Notes: generated by a model not told the origin, from the letters alone. A DNA stretch of 64,000 bases from Candidatus Parcubacteria bacterium (GCA_009995365.1 JAACPR010000003.1:405-64404), one strand, 5' to 3'; counted from the stretch's first letter, positions 28,968-38,718 are shown. Numbers and translations are program-made.

Positions 28968-31766
28968 ATGGAAAAAATTGGACTTAATAATCAAATAGAG
29001 AAAAAATTTCAAGACCCTCAAGAGGAGATTGAGTATCTGCGTAAACAAATTCAAGAGAGAGAGCGACAGATTGAAAGCGCAGGTAGTCAGCCTGATAGAG
29101 AAAAAGTAATCGAACATGCTATTTCTGATTATAAACAAAATAAACCAGAAGAGGTTTTAGAAAAAGGTCACATTGTTCCAGAGAAAAATCGTGAAGAAAT
29201 TGTTTTACAACTTCAGCCAGAAGAGCATGATGATAAAATTTCAGAGTTATATGGAATGTTGGAGGAAAAGGGGGTTCTTAACACTATTGATATAGTTGAA
29301 AAGATGAACGATCCACACATTAGTGATGATTTTCATCGTTTCTTGGTTCAATATATTCGTGAAGGCTATACTGTCAAAGGTTTGAAAGATAAATCTCCAC
29401 TAGCAAAATCACTGAAGAGAATTTTATTTGAAATTACTTTGCCTGATCGTGGGGGCGAAGATCGTGAACAAAATCTGCAGCAGTTAATTTCTATGATGGA
29501 GCAATTTTATTATGGAATGCTTCATATTAGTGAAGAAGATAAGGACGATTATTTAACGCTGGAAATTGCTAATTCTGTGGGAAGTCGTCAATTTGTTTTT
29601 TACATTTCAGTTTCACTAAAAAGACGAGGTTTATTTGAAAAGCAATTTTTGTCATTTTTTCCGAACGCTAGAATTCTAGAGCAAAAAGATGATTTCAATG
29701 TCTTTAATCCAAAAGGTGTATCGGTCGGTTCTTATGCTATTTTGGAAAAAACACCTGCCAAGCCACTTAGAAGTTATGATGAATTTCAAAATGATCCATT
29801 GAAAGTTTTGTTAAATGTCTTTTCAAAATTAGATACAACAAAAGAAGGGGCTGGAATTCAGTTGGTATTTAAACCATCTGGAAGTTTTTATCAAAAAAAT
29901 TATTCAAAAGTCTTGTCTAGATTAGAGAAAGGGGAAAAACCCGGAGACGAGCTTTATATGAGGAATACAACTGCGGACAAGTTCATGAACACAGTCTCTG
30001 GGCTTTTTAGTGGCGGTTTTAGTTCAAAAAAAGATGATAAGGAAAAAGAGGAAGCACCTAAAATTGATTCTTCTCTGGTTGAATTAATTAAAAAGAAAAT
30101 AGATAAACCTATTATTTCAACAAATATTAGGATAGTTTCTTCTGGGGAGACACTAGAGAGAGCAAAATCTATTTTGTCTGATATTGAGTCGGCGTTTAAC
30201 CAATTCGACGACCCTACCTCAAATCAAATCAATTTTGCAAATCTAAAGGATCGCCATATGAAAAAACTTTTCAAGGATTTTACCTTTAGAAGTTATACTC
30301 CTTCAATCGAATTGCCTCTAAATTTGGCTGAGGTGGCAACTATTATGCACTTCCCACAGGAAAAGACTTCTATTTCATCACAATTGAAATCTAATAATTT
30401 TGCTACCGCTGCTGCACCTGTTAACTTGGCAGAAGAGGGTATTTTGTTAGGTATTAATGAACACCAAGGTACTGAAACAGATGTTTATTTATCAAAGGAA
30501 GATCGTCTCCGCCACTTGTATACGATTGGGCAAACTGGAACCGGTAAGACTAACTTTTTGAAAAGTTTAATTATTCAAGATATTCAAAACGGAGAAGGGG
30601 TTTGTATGATTGATCCGCACGGGAATGATATTCAGGATGTGTTAGCTAACATTCCGCCAGAGCGATACGATGATGTTATCTATTTTGATCCAGCTAATAC
30701 TGAAAACCCGATGGCTTTGAATATGTTGGAATATGACAAGAATTTTCCTGAGCAGAAAATTTTCGTTGTTAATGAATTGTTCGGTATTTTTATGAAATTG
30801 TATGGTTCAAATCCTGAGTCAATGGGGCCAATGTTCGAGCAATATTTTAGGAATGCCGCTGGCTTGGTAGTAGAAGATCCTGAATCAGGAAATACTTTGC
30901 TAGATATTTCCCGTGTCTTGGCTGACGAAAAATATCGTAAATTAAAATTATCTCGTTGTAATAACCCTATCATTAAACAATTTTGGGAAGAGGTTGCTGG
31001 TAAAGCAGGCGGGGAAGCATCACTTGCAAATATTGTTCCTTATATTACTTCTAAATTTGATGTTTTCTTGGCTAATGACATTATGCGTCCGATTGTTGCT
31101 CAGGAGAAGTCGTCATTTAATTTCCGTGATGTGATGGATAACAAAAAAATATTGCTGGTTAACCTTTCAAAGGGACGTCTTGGTGATATCAACTCTAATC
31201 TGATCGGTCTTATTATTGTAGGAAAGATCTTGATGGCGGCACTTTCTCGTGCTGATTCATACGGAAAAGATTTTCCGCCGTTCTATTTATATATTGATGA
31301 ATTCCAAAACATTACAACTGATTCAATTTCTACAATCTTGTCAGAGGCTAGAAAATATAAACTTTCTTTAAATGTCGCTCATCAGTTTATCGCACAATTA
31401 GATGAAAAGATTAGCGATGCGGTTTTTGGTAACGTTGGGTCCATGACTGTATTTCGTGTCGGTTCTGAAGATGCTCAATTTTTTGAAAAGCAATACGAGC
31501 CTACTTTTGGTGCTAGCGATATAATGAACATTGATAATTTTAATTGTTATGCAAAGATTTTGGCTAATGGTGTTCCAGTTAAGCCATTTAGTTTTAAAGC
31601 CTTAAAATCACCAGATGGAAATCCTGAAATAGTTGAACAACTTAAGCAGTTATCTTATCAGAAATATGGAAAACCTCGTTCTGAAATCGAAGCTGAAATA
31701 GCAAAAAAATATAAAAAAGAAGAACCAAAAGAGAACGAAGAGAACCCTTTTAAAAGTTTAAGATAA
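28968..31766 (+). CDS. VirD4/TraG-like coupling ATPase (DUF87/HerA-FtsK superfamily)
   Basis: RHLYTIGQTGTGKT Walker A, IDPHG, LYIDEFQN Walker B and SEARKYKLSLNVAHQ. Confidence 0.85.
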   Translation: MEKIGLNNQIEKKFQDPQEEIEYLRKQIQERERQIESAGSQPDREKVIEHAISDYKQNKPEEVLEKGHIVPEKNREEIVLQLQPEEHDDKISELYGMLEEKGVLNTIDIVEKMNDPHISDDFHRFLVQYIREGYTVKGLKDKSPLAKSLKRILFEITLPDRGGEDREQNLQQLISMMEQFYYGMLHISEEDKDDYLTLEIANSVGSRQFVFYISVSLKRRGLFEKQFLSFFPNARILEQKDDFNVFNPKGVSVGSYAILEKTPAKPLRSYDEFQNDPLKVLLNVFSKLDTTKEGAGIQLVFKPSGSFYQKNYSKVLSRLEKGEKPGDELYMRNTTADKFMNTVSGLFSGGFSSKKDDKEKEEAPKIDSSLVELIKKKIDKPIISTNIRIVSSGETLERAKSILSDIESAFNQFDDPTSNQINFANLKDRHMKKLFKDFTFRSYTPSIELPLNLAEVATIMHFPQEKTSISSQLKSNNFATAAAPVNLAEEGILLGINEHQGTETDVYLSKEDRLRHLYTIGQTGTGKTNFLKSLIIQDIQNGEGVCMIDPHGNDIQDVLANIPPERYDDVIYFDPANTENPMALNMLEYDKNFPEQKIFVVNELFGIFMKLYGSNPESMGPMFEQYFRNAAGLVVEDPESGNTLLDISRVLADEKYRKLKLSRCNNPIIKQFWEEVAGKAGGEASLANIVPYITSKFDVFLANDIMRPIVAQEKSSFNFRDVMDNKKILLVNLSKGRLGDINSNLIGLIIVGKILMAALSRADSYGKDFPPFYLYIDEFQNITTDSISTILSEARKYKLSLNVAHQFIAQLDEKISDAVFGNVGSMTVFRVGSEDAQFFEKQYEPTFGASDIMNIDNFNCYAKILANGVPVKPFSFKALKSPDGNPEIVEQLKQLSYQKYGKPRSEIEAEIAKKYKKEEPKENEENPFKSLR

Positions 31767-31778
31767 TAAAAATAATAA

Positions 31779-32375
31779 ATGAAAAAAGAACAAACACTGG
31801 TTGTAATAAAACCTGACGGAATACAAAGAACTTTAATAGGAGAAATAATTAAAAGATTCGAAAGAACTGGTTTGAAATTAGTAGGCATTAAAATGCTTAT
31901 TCCAGACAGTGATCACATTAAAAAACATTACACTATTGATCCTGATTGGATTGAAAAGGTGGGGCAAAAGTCAATCGACTCTCTTGCTGAGAAAGGTGAA
32001 GAATTAAAAACAGATGACCCAATTGAGGCGGGCAATAAAATATTAGATGTTTTGGTTAAATATATGTCATCTGGTCCGGTTGTTGCTATGGTGTGGCAAG
32101 GGGTAAATTCTGTTGGCGTCGTTAGAAAAATTGTCGGATCAACTGAACCGCTTTCTTCTGATATTGGAACAATACGCGGAGACTTTGTTTTAGATTCTTA
32201 TAAAATTGCTGATACTGACGGTAGGGCTGTTCGTAATTTGATTCATGCCTCAGGTTCGGTAGATGAAGCCGAAAAAGAAATTGCACTTTGGTTTAATCAA
32301 AATGAGATAGTAAATTACAGGCTAATTCAGGAGCAAATCATCTACGATGTTAATTTAGATGGCATTTTAGAGTAG
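31779..32375 (+). CDS. ndk: Nucleoside diphosphate kinase
   Basis: TLVVIKPDG, GTIRGDF and RNLIHASGS. Confidence 0.95.
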   Translation: MKKEQTLVVIKPDGIQRTLIGEIIKRFERTGLKLVGIKMLIPDSDHIKKHYTIDPDWIEKVGQKSIDSLAEKGEELKTDDPIEAGNKILDVLVKYMSSGPVVAMVWQGVNSVGVVRKIVGSTEPLSSDIGTIRGDFVLDSYKIADTDGRAVRNLIHASGSVDEAEKEIALWFNQNEIVNYRLIQEQIIYDVNLDGILE

Positions 32376-32411
32376 CTATATTTCGATAATAAAATATGTT
32401 AATATGTAATA

Positions 32412-32530
32412 GGGTCATAGAATGAATACTAGATTAAGTGGATCCTAAGGGAGTTCAAATCGTTTTCGAACTGTGGTTTGAGAACTGCGAGCACCCACTT
32501 GCTAATAGCTAGGATCTCATTCATGGCCCC
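32412..32530 (+). ncRNA. Candidate rod-shaped small RNA (6S-like architecture)
   Basis: Nested pairings gggtcat/atggccc, gaatga/tcattc, aagtgg/ccactt and agttc/gaact with a central bubble. A strong terminator follows at 32535-32563. Confidence 0.45.
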
Positions 32531-32583
32531 AGTTAAAACACCGAGCATTCGCTCGGTGTTTTTGCTATAATTATTTAATAAAT

Positions 32584-32985
32584 ATGTTTTACAAAAAGCC
32601 TTTTTTCAAAGAATCTCTCTATCTCTCTATTTTGATTGCTATTCTTCATTATATATCGCTCGAATTGTATCTTTACTGGACAATTAGTTGGTTTGATATT
32701 CTGATGCATTTCTTGGGAGGTTTTCTGATTGCAATTTTTGTCATCCTCGTTCTTTATTCTTATAGTGATTTTGAAAGCTTGAAAAAGCACAAGATATTTT
32801 TGTTTAGTCTGATTGTGGGTATGACATTGGTGGTCGGCCTAGGTTGGGAATTGTGGGAAATTTTTGTTGGCTTTACTGATGCTATTAATGATCTAGGTGA
32901 TACAATATTAGATATAGTTATGGATGTTATCGGAGCATTTTCAGCAATTTATTATTCTAAAAATAAATTATGGGAGAAAAAATAA
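32584..32985 (+). CDS. Small membrane protein with WFDILMHFLGG / WELWE motifs
   Basis: About four TM helices and a DxxxD motif, reminiscent of VanZ/DUF2238-type proteins. Confidence 0.7.
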   Translation: MFYKKPFFKESLYLSILIAILHYISLELYLYWTISWFDILMHFLGGFLIAIFVILVLYSYSDFESLKKHKIFLFSLIVGMTLVVGLGWELWEIFVGFTDAINDLGDTILDIVMDVIGAFSAIYYSKNKLWEKK

Positions 32986-34370
32986 AATCAAAAAGCGGGG
33001 AAGTTAAATTACATTTCTACGGCGGTGCAGAGTCGGTTACTGGTTCTAATTTTGTCATCGAATATGATGATAAAAAAATAATGGTAGACTGCGGACTTAC
33101 CCAAGGCGCTTATTACAAGAATCCAAAAGATGATCCAAATAGACAACCTTTTGATTATGATCCTGCCGGTATAGATTATTTGTTGGTGACTCATGCACAC
33201 GCAGACCATATTGGACGCATCCCTAAATTGGTAAAAGATGGATTTAGAGGGAAAATTTATTCAACTCCATCGACGCGCGATTTAACAGAAATCATGTTTG
33301 ATGACGCCTTGTCGGTGGTTTCAAATTACGCTAGGGAGCACAATGTAGAGCCAACTTATCAGAAAGAGGATGTCGAGCTGGCAATGTCTCTATGGCAAAC
33401 TATTCCATACCATCAGGATTTTGAATTAACTGATAGATTTAGTATTTATTTCAAGGATGCTGGTCATATCTTGGGTTCAGCAATGATTTACTTGAAAGAC
33501 AAAAAAACTGACAAAAATATTGTCTTTACCGGAGATCTTGGAAACACTCCGACTCCTTTGATTCGTGATACTGAAAAAGTTGATGATGCTAACTTTTTAA
33601 TAATGGAAAGTGTCTACGGCGATAGAAATCACGAGGGTAGAGCAGAAAGGAAAGAAAAACTCAAACAAACATTAAATAGGATAATCGATAGAAAGGGGAC
33701 TTTGTTAATTCCGGTTTTCTCGCTAGAGAAGACTCAAGTTCTATTGCATGAAATGAATGATTTGATTGAAGGTGGCGAAGTTCCGTCTGTTCCAGTTTTC
33801 TTCGATTCTCCACTTGGGATTCGTTTGACCGAAGTCTATGCAAAACAGTTTCAAAATTTTAATGAAAAAGTTCAAGAGCGCATAAAAAGAGGTGATGATA
33901 TTTTTGACTTTCCTAAACTTAAAAAAACTTACGATAGAAAAGAATCGCAATCTATTCACAGAACCAAGGGGCCAAAGATAATCGTTGCTAGTTCTGGAAT
34001 GAGTATCGGCGGTAGGATTATGGATCATGAAAAGCGTTATCTAGAGGATCCTAAAAATGCAATTTTGTTCATTGGCTATCAGGTTCCTGGGACACTTGGG
34101 CGTGCGATTAAAGAGGGAAATAAGAGTGTAAAAATTGATAATAAAAAAGTAGCAATCAAGGCTGAGATTGGGGTTGTAAATGGTTATTCTTCACATAAAG
34201 ATTCTGATAATTTGTTGCAATTTGCATTGGACAATGAAGGAATTGTCGAAAAAGTTTTTGTGGTATTAGGGGAATCAAAGTCAGCCATGTATTTAACACA
34301 GAAAATTAGAGATAACTCTACAATTAACGCAGTTCACCCAAGTGATGGGGAAACAGTGGTTTTGTATTAA
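32970..34370 (+). CDS. MBL-fold beta-CASP ribonuclease
   Basis: THAHADHIG, DAGHILGSA, FTGDLG, MESVYG and YSSHKD. Confidence 0.92.
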   Translation: MGEKIKSKSGEVKLHFYGGAESVTGSNFVIEYDDKKIMVDCGLTQGAYYKNPKDDPNRQPFDYDPAGIDYLLVTHAHADHIGRIPKLVKDGFRGKIYSTPSTRDLTEIMFDDALSVVSNYAREHNVEPTYQKEDVELAMSLWQTIPYHQDFELTDRFSIYFKDAGHILGSAMIYLKDKKTDKNIVFTGDLGNTPTPLIRDTEKVDDANFLIMESVYGDRNHEGRAERKEKLKQTLNRIIDRKGTLLIPVFSLEKTQVLLHEMNDLIEGGEVPSVPVFFDSPLGIRLTEVYAKQFQNFNEKVQERIKRGDDIFDFPKLKKTYDRKESQSIHRTKGPKIIVASSGMSIGGRIMDHEKRYLEDPKNAILFIGYQVPGTLGRAIKEGNKSVKIDNKKVAIKAEIGVVNGYSSHKDSDNLLQFALDNEGIVEKVFVVLGESKSAMYLTQKIRDNSTINAVHPSDGETVVLY

Positions 34371-34435
34371 ACTAATATGCTAAAATATTAGTATTAATAA
34401 AAGTTGTTAAAATTATAAAATAAATCTTATTTACC

Positions 34436-34933
34436 ATGAAAACATTAATCCAAACATCAAAAGTTTTAATATTATCGTTAGCTGTATTAACTACAGCATC
34501 ATATGCACAATCTGCATGGAATAATCCAGAACAATCTCCAACAGGAGGAAACACACCAACACCTATTAATGTATCAAGCTCTGATCAAGATAAAGATGGT
34601 GGATTCTCTGCAGCTGCATTAGTTGCTGATAATATTACCGCAGCTTTCAAGGTGTCATCACCAGAGTATTGTTTGAGTGGTGATTGTATTAAAGAGTGGC
34701 CTAGGGGAGGAGATGGTTCAGGTGGGGATGATGGCGTTACTCCAACTGTAGATTATAATTCTTGTGTGACTCAAGAAGGAGGTCACCCTTTACCATCAGA
34801 AGTGATGTGTCCGGATAATCATATTTTAAATGGTATAGAATTGCGTCAACAGTGTATTCGTGTTAACAGAGGAATATGCCAACAATATTCACCTGTTCCT
34901 ACTGTTGTTGGTACTTGCTGCCCTTTTAATTAA
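34436..34933 (+). CDS. Secreted Cys-rich protein (CPR-type adhesin-like)
   Basis: Signal peptide, WNNPEQSPTGGNTPTPINV, YCLSGDCIKEWP and C-terminal CC. Confidence 0.7.
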   Translation: MKTLIQTSKVLILSLAVLTTASYAQSAWNNPEQSPTGGNTPTPINVSSSDQDKDGGFSAAALVADNITAAFKVSSPEYCLSGDCIKEWPRGGDGSGGDDGVTPTVDYNSCVTQEGGHPLPSEVMCPDNHILNGIELRQQCIRVNRGICQQYSPVPTVVGTCCPFN

Positions 34934-35017
34934 TATTCTTTATTAAATTCTAAAGCGCTACATTAAAACAAAAACGACCAAAAATTTTGGTCGTTTTTTT
35001 AGTTCAAATTAAATAGT

Positions 35018-35362
35018 TTACTTAACCTCTTCTACAATCTTATCAAACACCGCTGGTTCATTTTCTGCTATTTCAGCTAAAATTTTTCTATCAATTTCTA
35101 CATTGTTTTTCTTTAGAGAGCCGATGAATTTTGAGTAAGATAATCCTTTTTCATTCAAGGTAGCATTAATTTTTGTAGTCCAAAGACGACGGAAAGTTCT
35201 TTTTTTTGTGCGACGGTCACGAAAAGCATTACGTCCTGCGTGTGCGATTGCCTCGTTAGCTAGTTTTTCTTTGTTTTTACGACCAAAACGAAAACCTTTT
35301 ACTCTTGATAGAATATTTCTTCTTCTTTTTATTGCATTTGTTGCTCCTTTTACTCTAGGCAT
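35018..35362 (-). CDS. rplT: 50S ribosomal protein L20
   Basis: MPRVK, RDRRTKKRTFRRLW and IDRKILAEIA. Confidence 0.97.
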   Translation of the reverse strand: MPRVKGATNAIKRRRNILSRVKGFRFGRKNKEKLANEAIAHAGRNAFRDRRTKKRTFRRLWTTKINATLNEKGLSYSKFIGSLKKNNVEIDRKILAEIAENEPAVFDKIVEEVK

Positions 35363-35372
35363 AGTATTAAAA

Positions 35373-35564
35373 TTATTTAGTTATGTTAGCTAAAAAGCGT
35401 CTTTTTTGGCGATTAGTCATTTGAAAATCACGACCAGATTTTTTATCTAGTCTTTCGACTCCTGATTGTTTAGCGTTAAAGTGGCTTTGTCCAGCTTTTC
35501 TGGCTACAACTTTACCATTTCTAGTAACTTTCAATCTTTTTTTGTATGATTTGTTAGTTTTCAT
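35373..35564 (-). CDS. rpmI: 50S ribosomal protein L35
   Basis: MKTNKSYKKRLKVT; lies between infC and rplT. Confidence 0.92.
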   Translation of the reverse strand: MKTNKSYKKRLKVTRNGKVVARKAGQSHFNAKQSGVERLDKKSGRDFQMTNRQKRRFLANITK

Positions 35565-36091
35565 TATTTACTATTCTCTATAATTAAGGCTAATCCTTTA
35601 GGGTTCTTTTTGATCGGGTCTGCCACTTTGAAATCAGTAGTTATAAGTTTTAATACACGGTTAAGTCTCTCTTCTAAGAAGCTTTTATCCATGTATTTAG
35701 TTCTCCCTGGTAGGAAAAGTTCTACTTTAACTCTGTGACCCTCAGAAAGCCATTTAGAAGCTTTTTTAGCTTTAACAGATAGGTCGTTCTCGTCCGTTCC
35801 AATTTTTACTTGGATAGATTTGACTTCAACGGTGTGTGCTTTCTGTTTAGCTTGCTTCTGTTTTTTCTTCTGATCATACAAGAATTTACCATAATCAGTT
35901 ATTTTTGCAATAGGGGGTCTAGCGTTTGGTGATATTTCTACCAAGTCCAATTGCATTTCCTCAGCTTTTTTCAAAGCCTCCCTAACCGGTATGACACCGA
36001 TATTCTCACCTGAGTCAGTGATTACTCGCAATTCTTTTGCACGAATTTGATTATTTATTCTAATTTGTTGTTGTCTTGCCAATTTTTGTAT
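35564..36091 (-). CDS. infC: Translation initiation factor IF-3 (start uncertain, likely non-ATG: ATA 36091 or TTG 36082)
   Basis: RINNQIRAKELRVI and LDLVEISPNARPPIAKITDYGKFLY. Confidence 0.93.
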   Translation of the reverse strand: MQKLARQQQIRINNQIRAKELRVITDSGENIGVIPVREALKKAEEMQLDLVEISPNARPPIAKITDYGKFLYDQKKKQKQAKQKAHTVEVKSIQVKIGTDENDLSVKAKKASKWLSEGHRVKVELFLPGRTKYMDKSFLEERLNRVLKLITTDFKVADPIKKNPKGLALIIENSK

Positions 36092-36246
36092 GTTTATTAA
36101 AAAATGTTGCCCTATAATCAAGATGGGCAACTTGGGGAAAATATACCACATCTTATATTAAATTACAATGATATAAGCCTGTTTCTAGGTAAATAATACT
36201 TTACTATGTTTATCGGTTAAGTTATGATATCTAAATCGAAAATAAT

Positions 36247-36441
36247 ATGGAATTAAAAAACAATCTTCAAAAAATTAGAAAAGAAAAAGGAGTAACTCAA
36301 GAAGAGTTGGCTAAGAAGGTCGGTGTAACTAGACAGACCATTATTTGCATCGAGCACGGAAATTGTTCACCGTCTATTTCTGTAGCGTTAAAAATCGGTA
36401 AAACGCTAGGTGTTTGCGTTGACGATATTTTTGAAATATAA
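36247..36441 (+). CDS. XRE-family HTH transcriptional regulator
   Basis: TQEELAKKVGVTRQTIICIEHG..PS. Confidence 0.9.
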   Translation: MELKNNLQKIRKEKGVTQEELAKKVGVTRQTIICIEHGNCSPSISVALKIGKTLGVCVDDIFEI

Positions 36442-36526
36442 CTAAATTCTTTAAAAGACAAAAAAAAAGGGGGGGGTAAATAAAAGACCCGTCAATATTT
36501 TGGCGGGTCTTTGTTGAAAAACTCTG

Positions 36527-36895
36527 TCAGGCCACTAATTGAGCATTTTCAGTTTCTTCGGTTGATTCTTCAGAATATTCGTATTCTATTTTAATACGTC
36601 CACCCCATACTAATTCGGGGTGTTTTTCTTTGAATTCGAAGAAAACCTTTGATACTCTTCCAGTTTTTAGATAGTATAGAAGTCTTTCACCAGGGTGATT
36701 GCTGGGATCATTATGAAAATGTTCTCCAGCATACCATTGATTTTCAGGACTTTTTATTTCATCTAAGACAGTTTTTAATGCACCATATAACAGAGAATTT
36801 CTGAATGTGCTATTTTGGGTAGTTTTTTCAGACATTGCAGGTTCCTCCATATATAATTCTACACCCGTTATGCACAGTTTTATATAGTTATCCAC
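36527..36895 (-). CDS. Hypothetical protein
   Basis: ORF with a terminator hairpin downstream (36483-36512). The real start may be ATG 36835. Confidence 0.55.
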   Translation of the reverse strand: MDNYIKLCITGVELYMEEPAMSEKTTQNSTFRNSLLYGALKTVLDEIKSPENQWYAGEHFHNDPSNHPGERLLYYLKTGRVSKVFFEFKEKHPELVWGGRIKIEYEYSEESTEETENAQLVA

Positions 36896-36985
36896 AGTTG
36901 TTGATGATTTATCAACAGTTTATTCATTCTAAATAAAAAAACTCCACGAATTTGTGGAGTTTTTTAGAAAAACACTAAAGAGGCT

Positions 36986-37141
36986 TTATGCTTCTCCTTC
37001 TGTTTTAGTTTCTTCTGCAACTTCAGGAGCTGCTTCTTCTGCTGGAGCTTCAGTTGTAGAAGCTTCTTCATTTGAGGCTGTTTCTTCTACAGTAGTGTCG
37101 TCATTTGTTGCTACTGCGTCATTTTGTGTATTTTCATCCAT
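36986..37141 (-). CDS. Small highly acidic disordered protein (51 aa)
   Basis: MDENTQNDAVATNDDTTVEETASNEEASTTEAPAEEAAPEVAEETKTEGEA, followed by an actccac/gtggagt terminator. Not in the ORF track. Confidence 0.7.
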   Translation of the reverse strand: MDENTQNDAVATNDDTTVEETASNEEASTTEAPAEEAAPEVAEETKTEGEA

Positions 37142-37238
37142 AATTTTAGATTAATCTAATAAGTCTCAAATATGAGAGACGATTGATATTATAGCACGCT
37201 TTACGATAAAAAGAGGCTAACTGTTGTATTATCAATAG

Positions 37239-37451
37239 TTAGCCTCTTGTATATTCGGATTGTATGTCTGGACCTAGTTTTTCTCTGTAGTGTTCAGTGC
37301 TTTCATTTTTTATTTGATTGCAAGAACATTCACAGATATTAGAGATCTTTATGTTTCGGTATCCCATCATAAAAGACCTTTTTTCTATTTTTAAGATAAG
37401 CCCGTTGCATTCTGAATGTCTACCTTTCCCGCATAAACTACATATTTTCAT
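37239..37451 (-). CDS. Small Cys-rich putative zinc-binding protein
   Basis: CSLC..H..C...CECSC. Confidence 0.55.
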   Translation of the reverse strand: MKICSLCGKGRHSECNGLILKIEKRSFMMGYRNIKISNICECSCNQIKNESTEHYREKLGPDIQSEYTRG

Positions 37452-37571
37452 AATGAACCTTTAGATTTAGTATAAGGTAAAAATTATTAAAATGAAAATT
37501 AGTTTAATTTAAATAAATTATAGGGATAAAAATTGTATATCTGTATTTAAATAAGTTATACTTTTGTTTAT

Positions 37572-37979
37572 ATGAAAAAAGGGTTCACATTAATTGAATT
37601 GTTGGTTGTTATCTCCATTAATAAAACAGATAGACATAATATAGCATTTGATAGTTGTGGGGAGTCTGATGCGAGTGGTTTAGGTTGTAATGAAGGTACA
37701 ACTTGGAAAGAAGCAAAAGATCTTTGTGAAAGCGTTGGGGCAAGATTATGTACTATTGAAGAAACTGAAAATAATATCCCGCGAGGAACAGGGTGCGGTT
37801 TCGATTCTGATATGGTTTGGACTATGAGTCCATGTGAAAGCGGAATGTATATAAGAGAAGGAAATTATGATTCTAATTGGGATAGATATTGCCAAAAGGA
37901 TTTGAATGATACAACTGCAAATGGTGGTAAATATTCTGGTAATAATATCGCAGTCCGTTGTTGCGCCGATGATTATTAA
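37572..37979 (+). CDS. Prepilin leader with truncated helix fused to a Cys-rich C-type-lectin-like domain
   Basis: MKKGFTLIELLVVISI, then WKEAKDLCESVGARLCTIEE...VWT...VRCCAD. Confidence 0.65.
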   Translation: MKKGFTLIELLVVISINKTDRHNIAFDSCGESDASGLGCNEGTTWKEAKDLCESVGARLCTIEETENNIPRGTGCGFDSDMVWTMSPCESGMYIREGNYDSNWDRYCQKDLNDTTANGGKYSGNNIAVRCCADDY

Positions 37980-38129
37980 TGTGGACATCTTGCATAATTA
38001 TTGGAAACATCTAGAATATTGGGTTTATGTGAGTTATGACAAGATATTAGAGCTGGAGGGGGGAAATATTAACCTTATAAATAAAAGATAAGTTGTGGTG
38101 ATAAGTATCACATAGTGGTAATTAAATAA
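37980..38129 (+). repeat. ~150-bp cassette-boundary repeat A
   Basis: tgtggacatc...aattattggaa...gtgataagtatcac...aattaaataa. Confidence 0.9.
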
Positions 38130-38143
38130 GATATAATATTTTT

Positions 38144-38440
38144 ATGAGTAATCTCACAAAAATATTAACTGCTTTCATTGTCCCTAATGTCATGTTGTTT
38201 CTTTTAGGCTCTGGAATAGTTGATGAGTTTATATATTCAATAAATAAAAATGTAGGAGAATCTTTTTCAAGCATCATTTGGATTATTATTGTTGCTTTTT
38301 ATATAGCGGGCTTCTCAATTTTAACTAGTCTGGAATATTCTAAAAAAATAAAAATAGTTTATTATCTACTGTATCTGGTCGGTGTACCGATCTTATTTAT
38401 TTTTATTGCTCTATTTCTATTTACAATACAATTTGGTTAA
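38144..38440 (+). CDS. Small membrane protein (three TM)
   Basis: Hydrophobic 98-aa ORF between repeats A and B. Confidence 0.65.
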   Translation: MSNLTKILTAFIVPNVMLFLLGSGIVDEFIYSINKNVGESFSSIIWIIIVAFYIAGFSILTSLEYSKKIKIVYYLLYLVGVPILFIFIALFLFTIQFG

Positions 38441-38515
38441 TAAAATTAACTAATTATTTTTTCTAAACCCTGTTATACATTAAAAATACCCTTACAAAAT
38501 AAGAGTATTTTTTCT

Positions 38516-38664
38516 TGTGGACATCGTGCTTAATTATTGGAACCACCTAGAATGCTGGGTGTATGAGAGTTATGACAAAGTAATTGAGTTAGAGGAGGGG
38601 AATTGAGCCTTGCAAATAAAGAATAGGTTACGGTGATAAGTATCACATATAGGTAATTAAATAA
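38516..38664 (+). repeat. ~150-bp cassette-boundary repeat B
   Basis: Aligns with A, C and D; preceded by a hairpin at 38482-38512. Confidence 0.9.
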
Positions 38665-38718
38665 TATAAAAGAAAACACCCTATCGAAGATAAAATGTCT
38701 TCAGTAGGGTGTTGATAT

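Noticed and set aside
36460-36476. A9-G8 homopolymer run as a phase-variation site
   Set aside because: It lies between convergent gene ends, outside any ORF or evident promoter.
36954-37154. 66-aa Ser/Ala-rich plus-strand ORF
   Set aside because: It is the antisense shadow of the acidic minus-strand ORF and starts inside a terminator hairpin.
37572-37979. Lectin-like pilin as a second DGR target
   Set aside because: Its 3' end has no nucleotide similarity to the TR.
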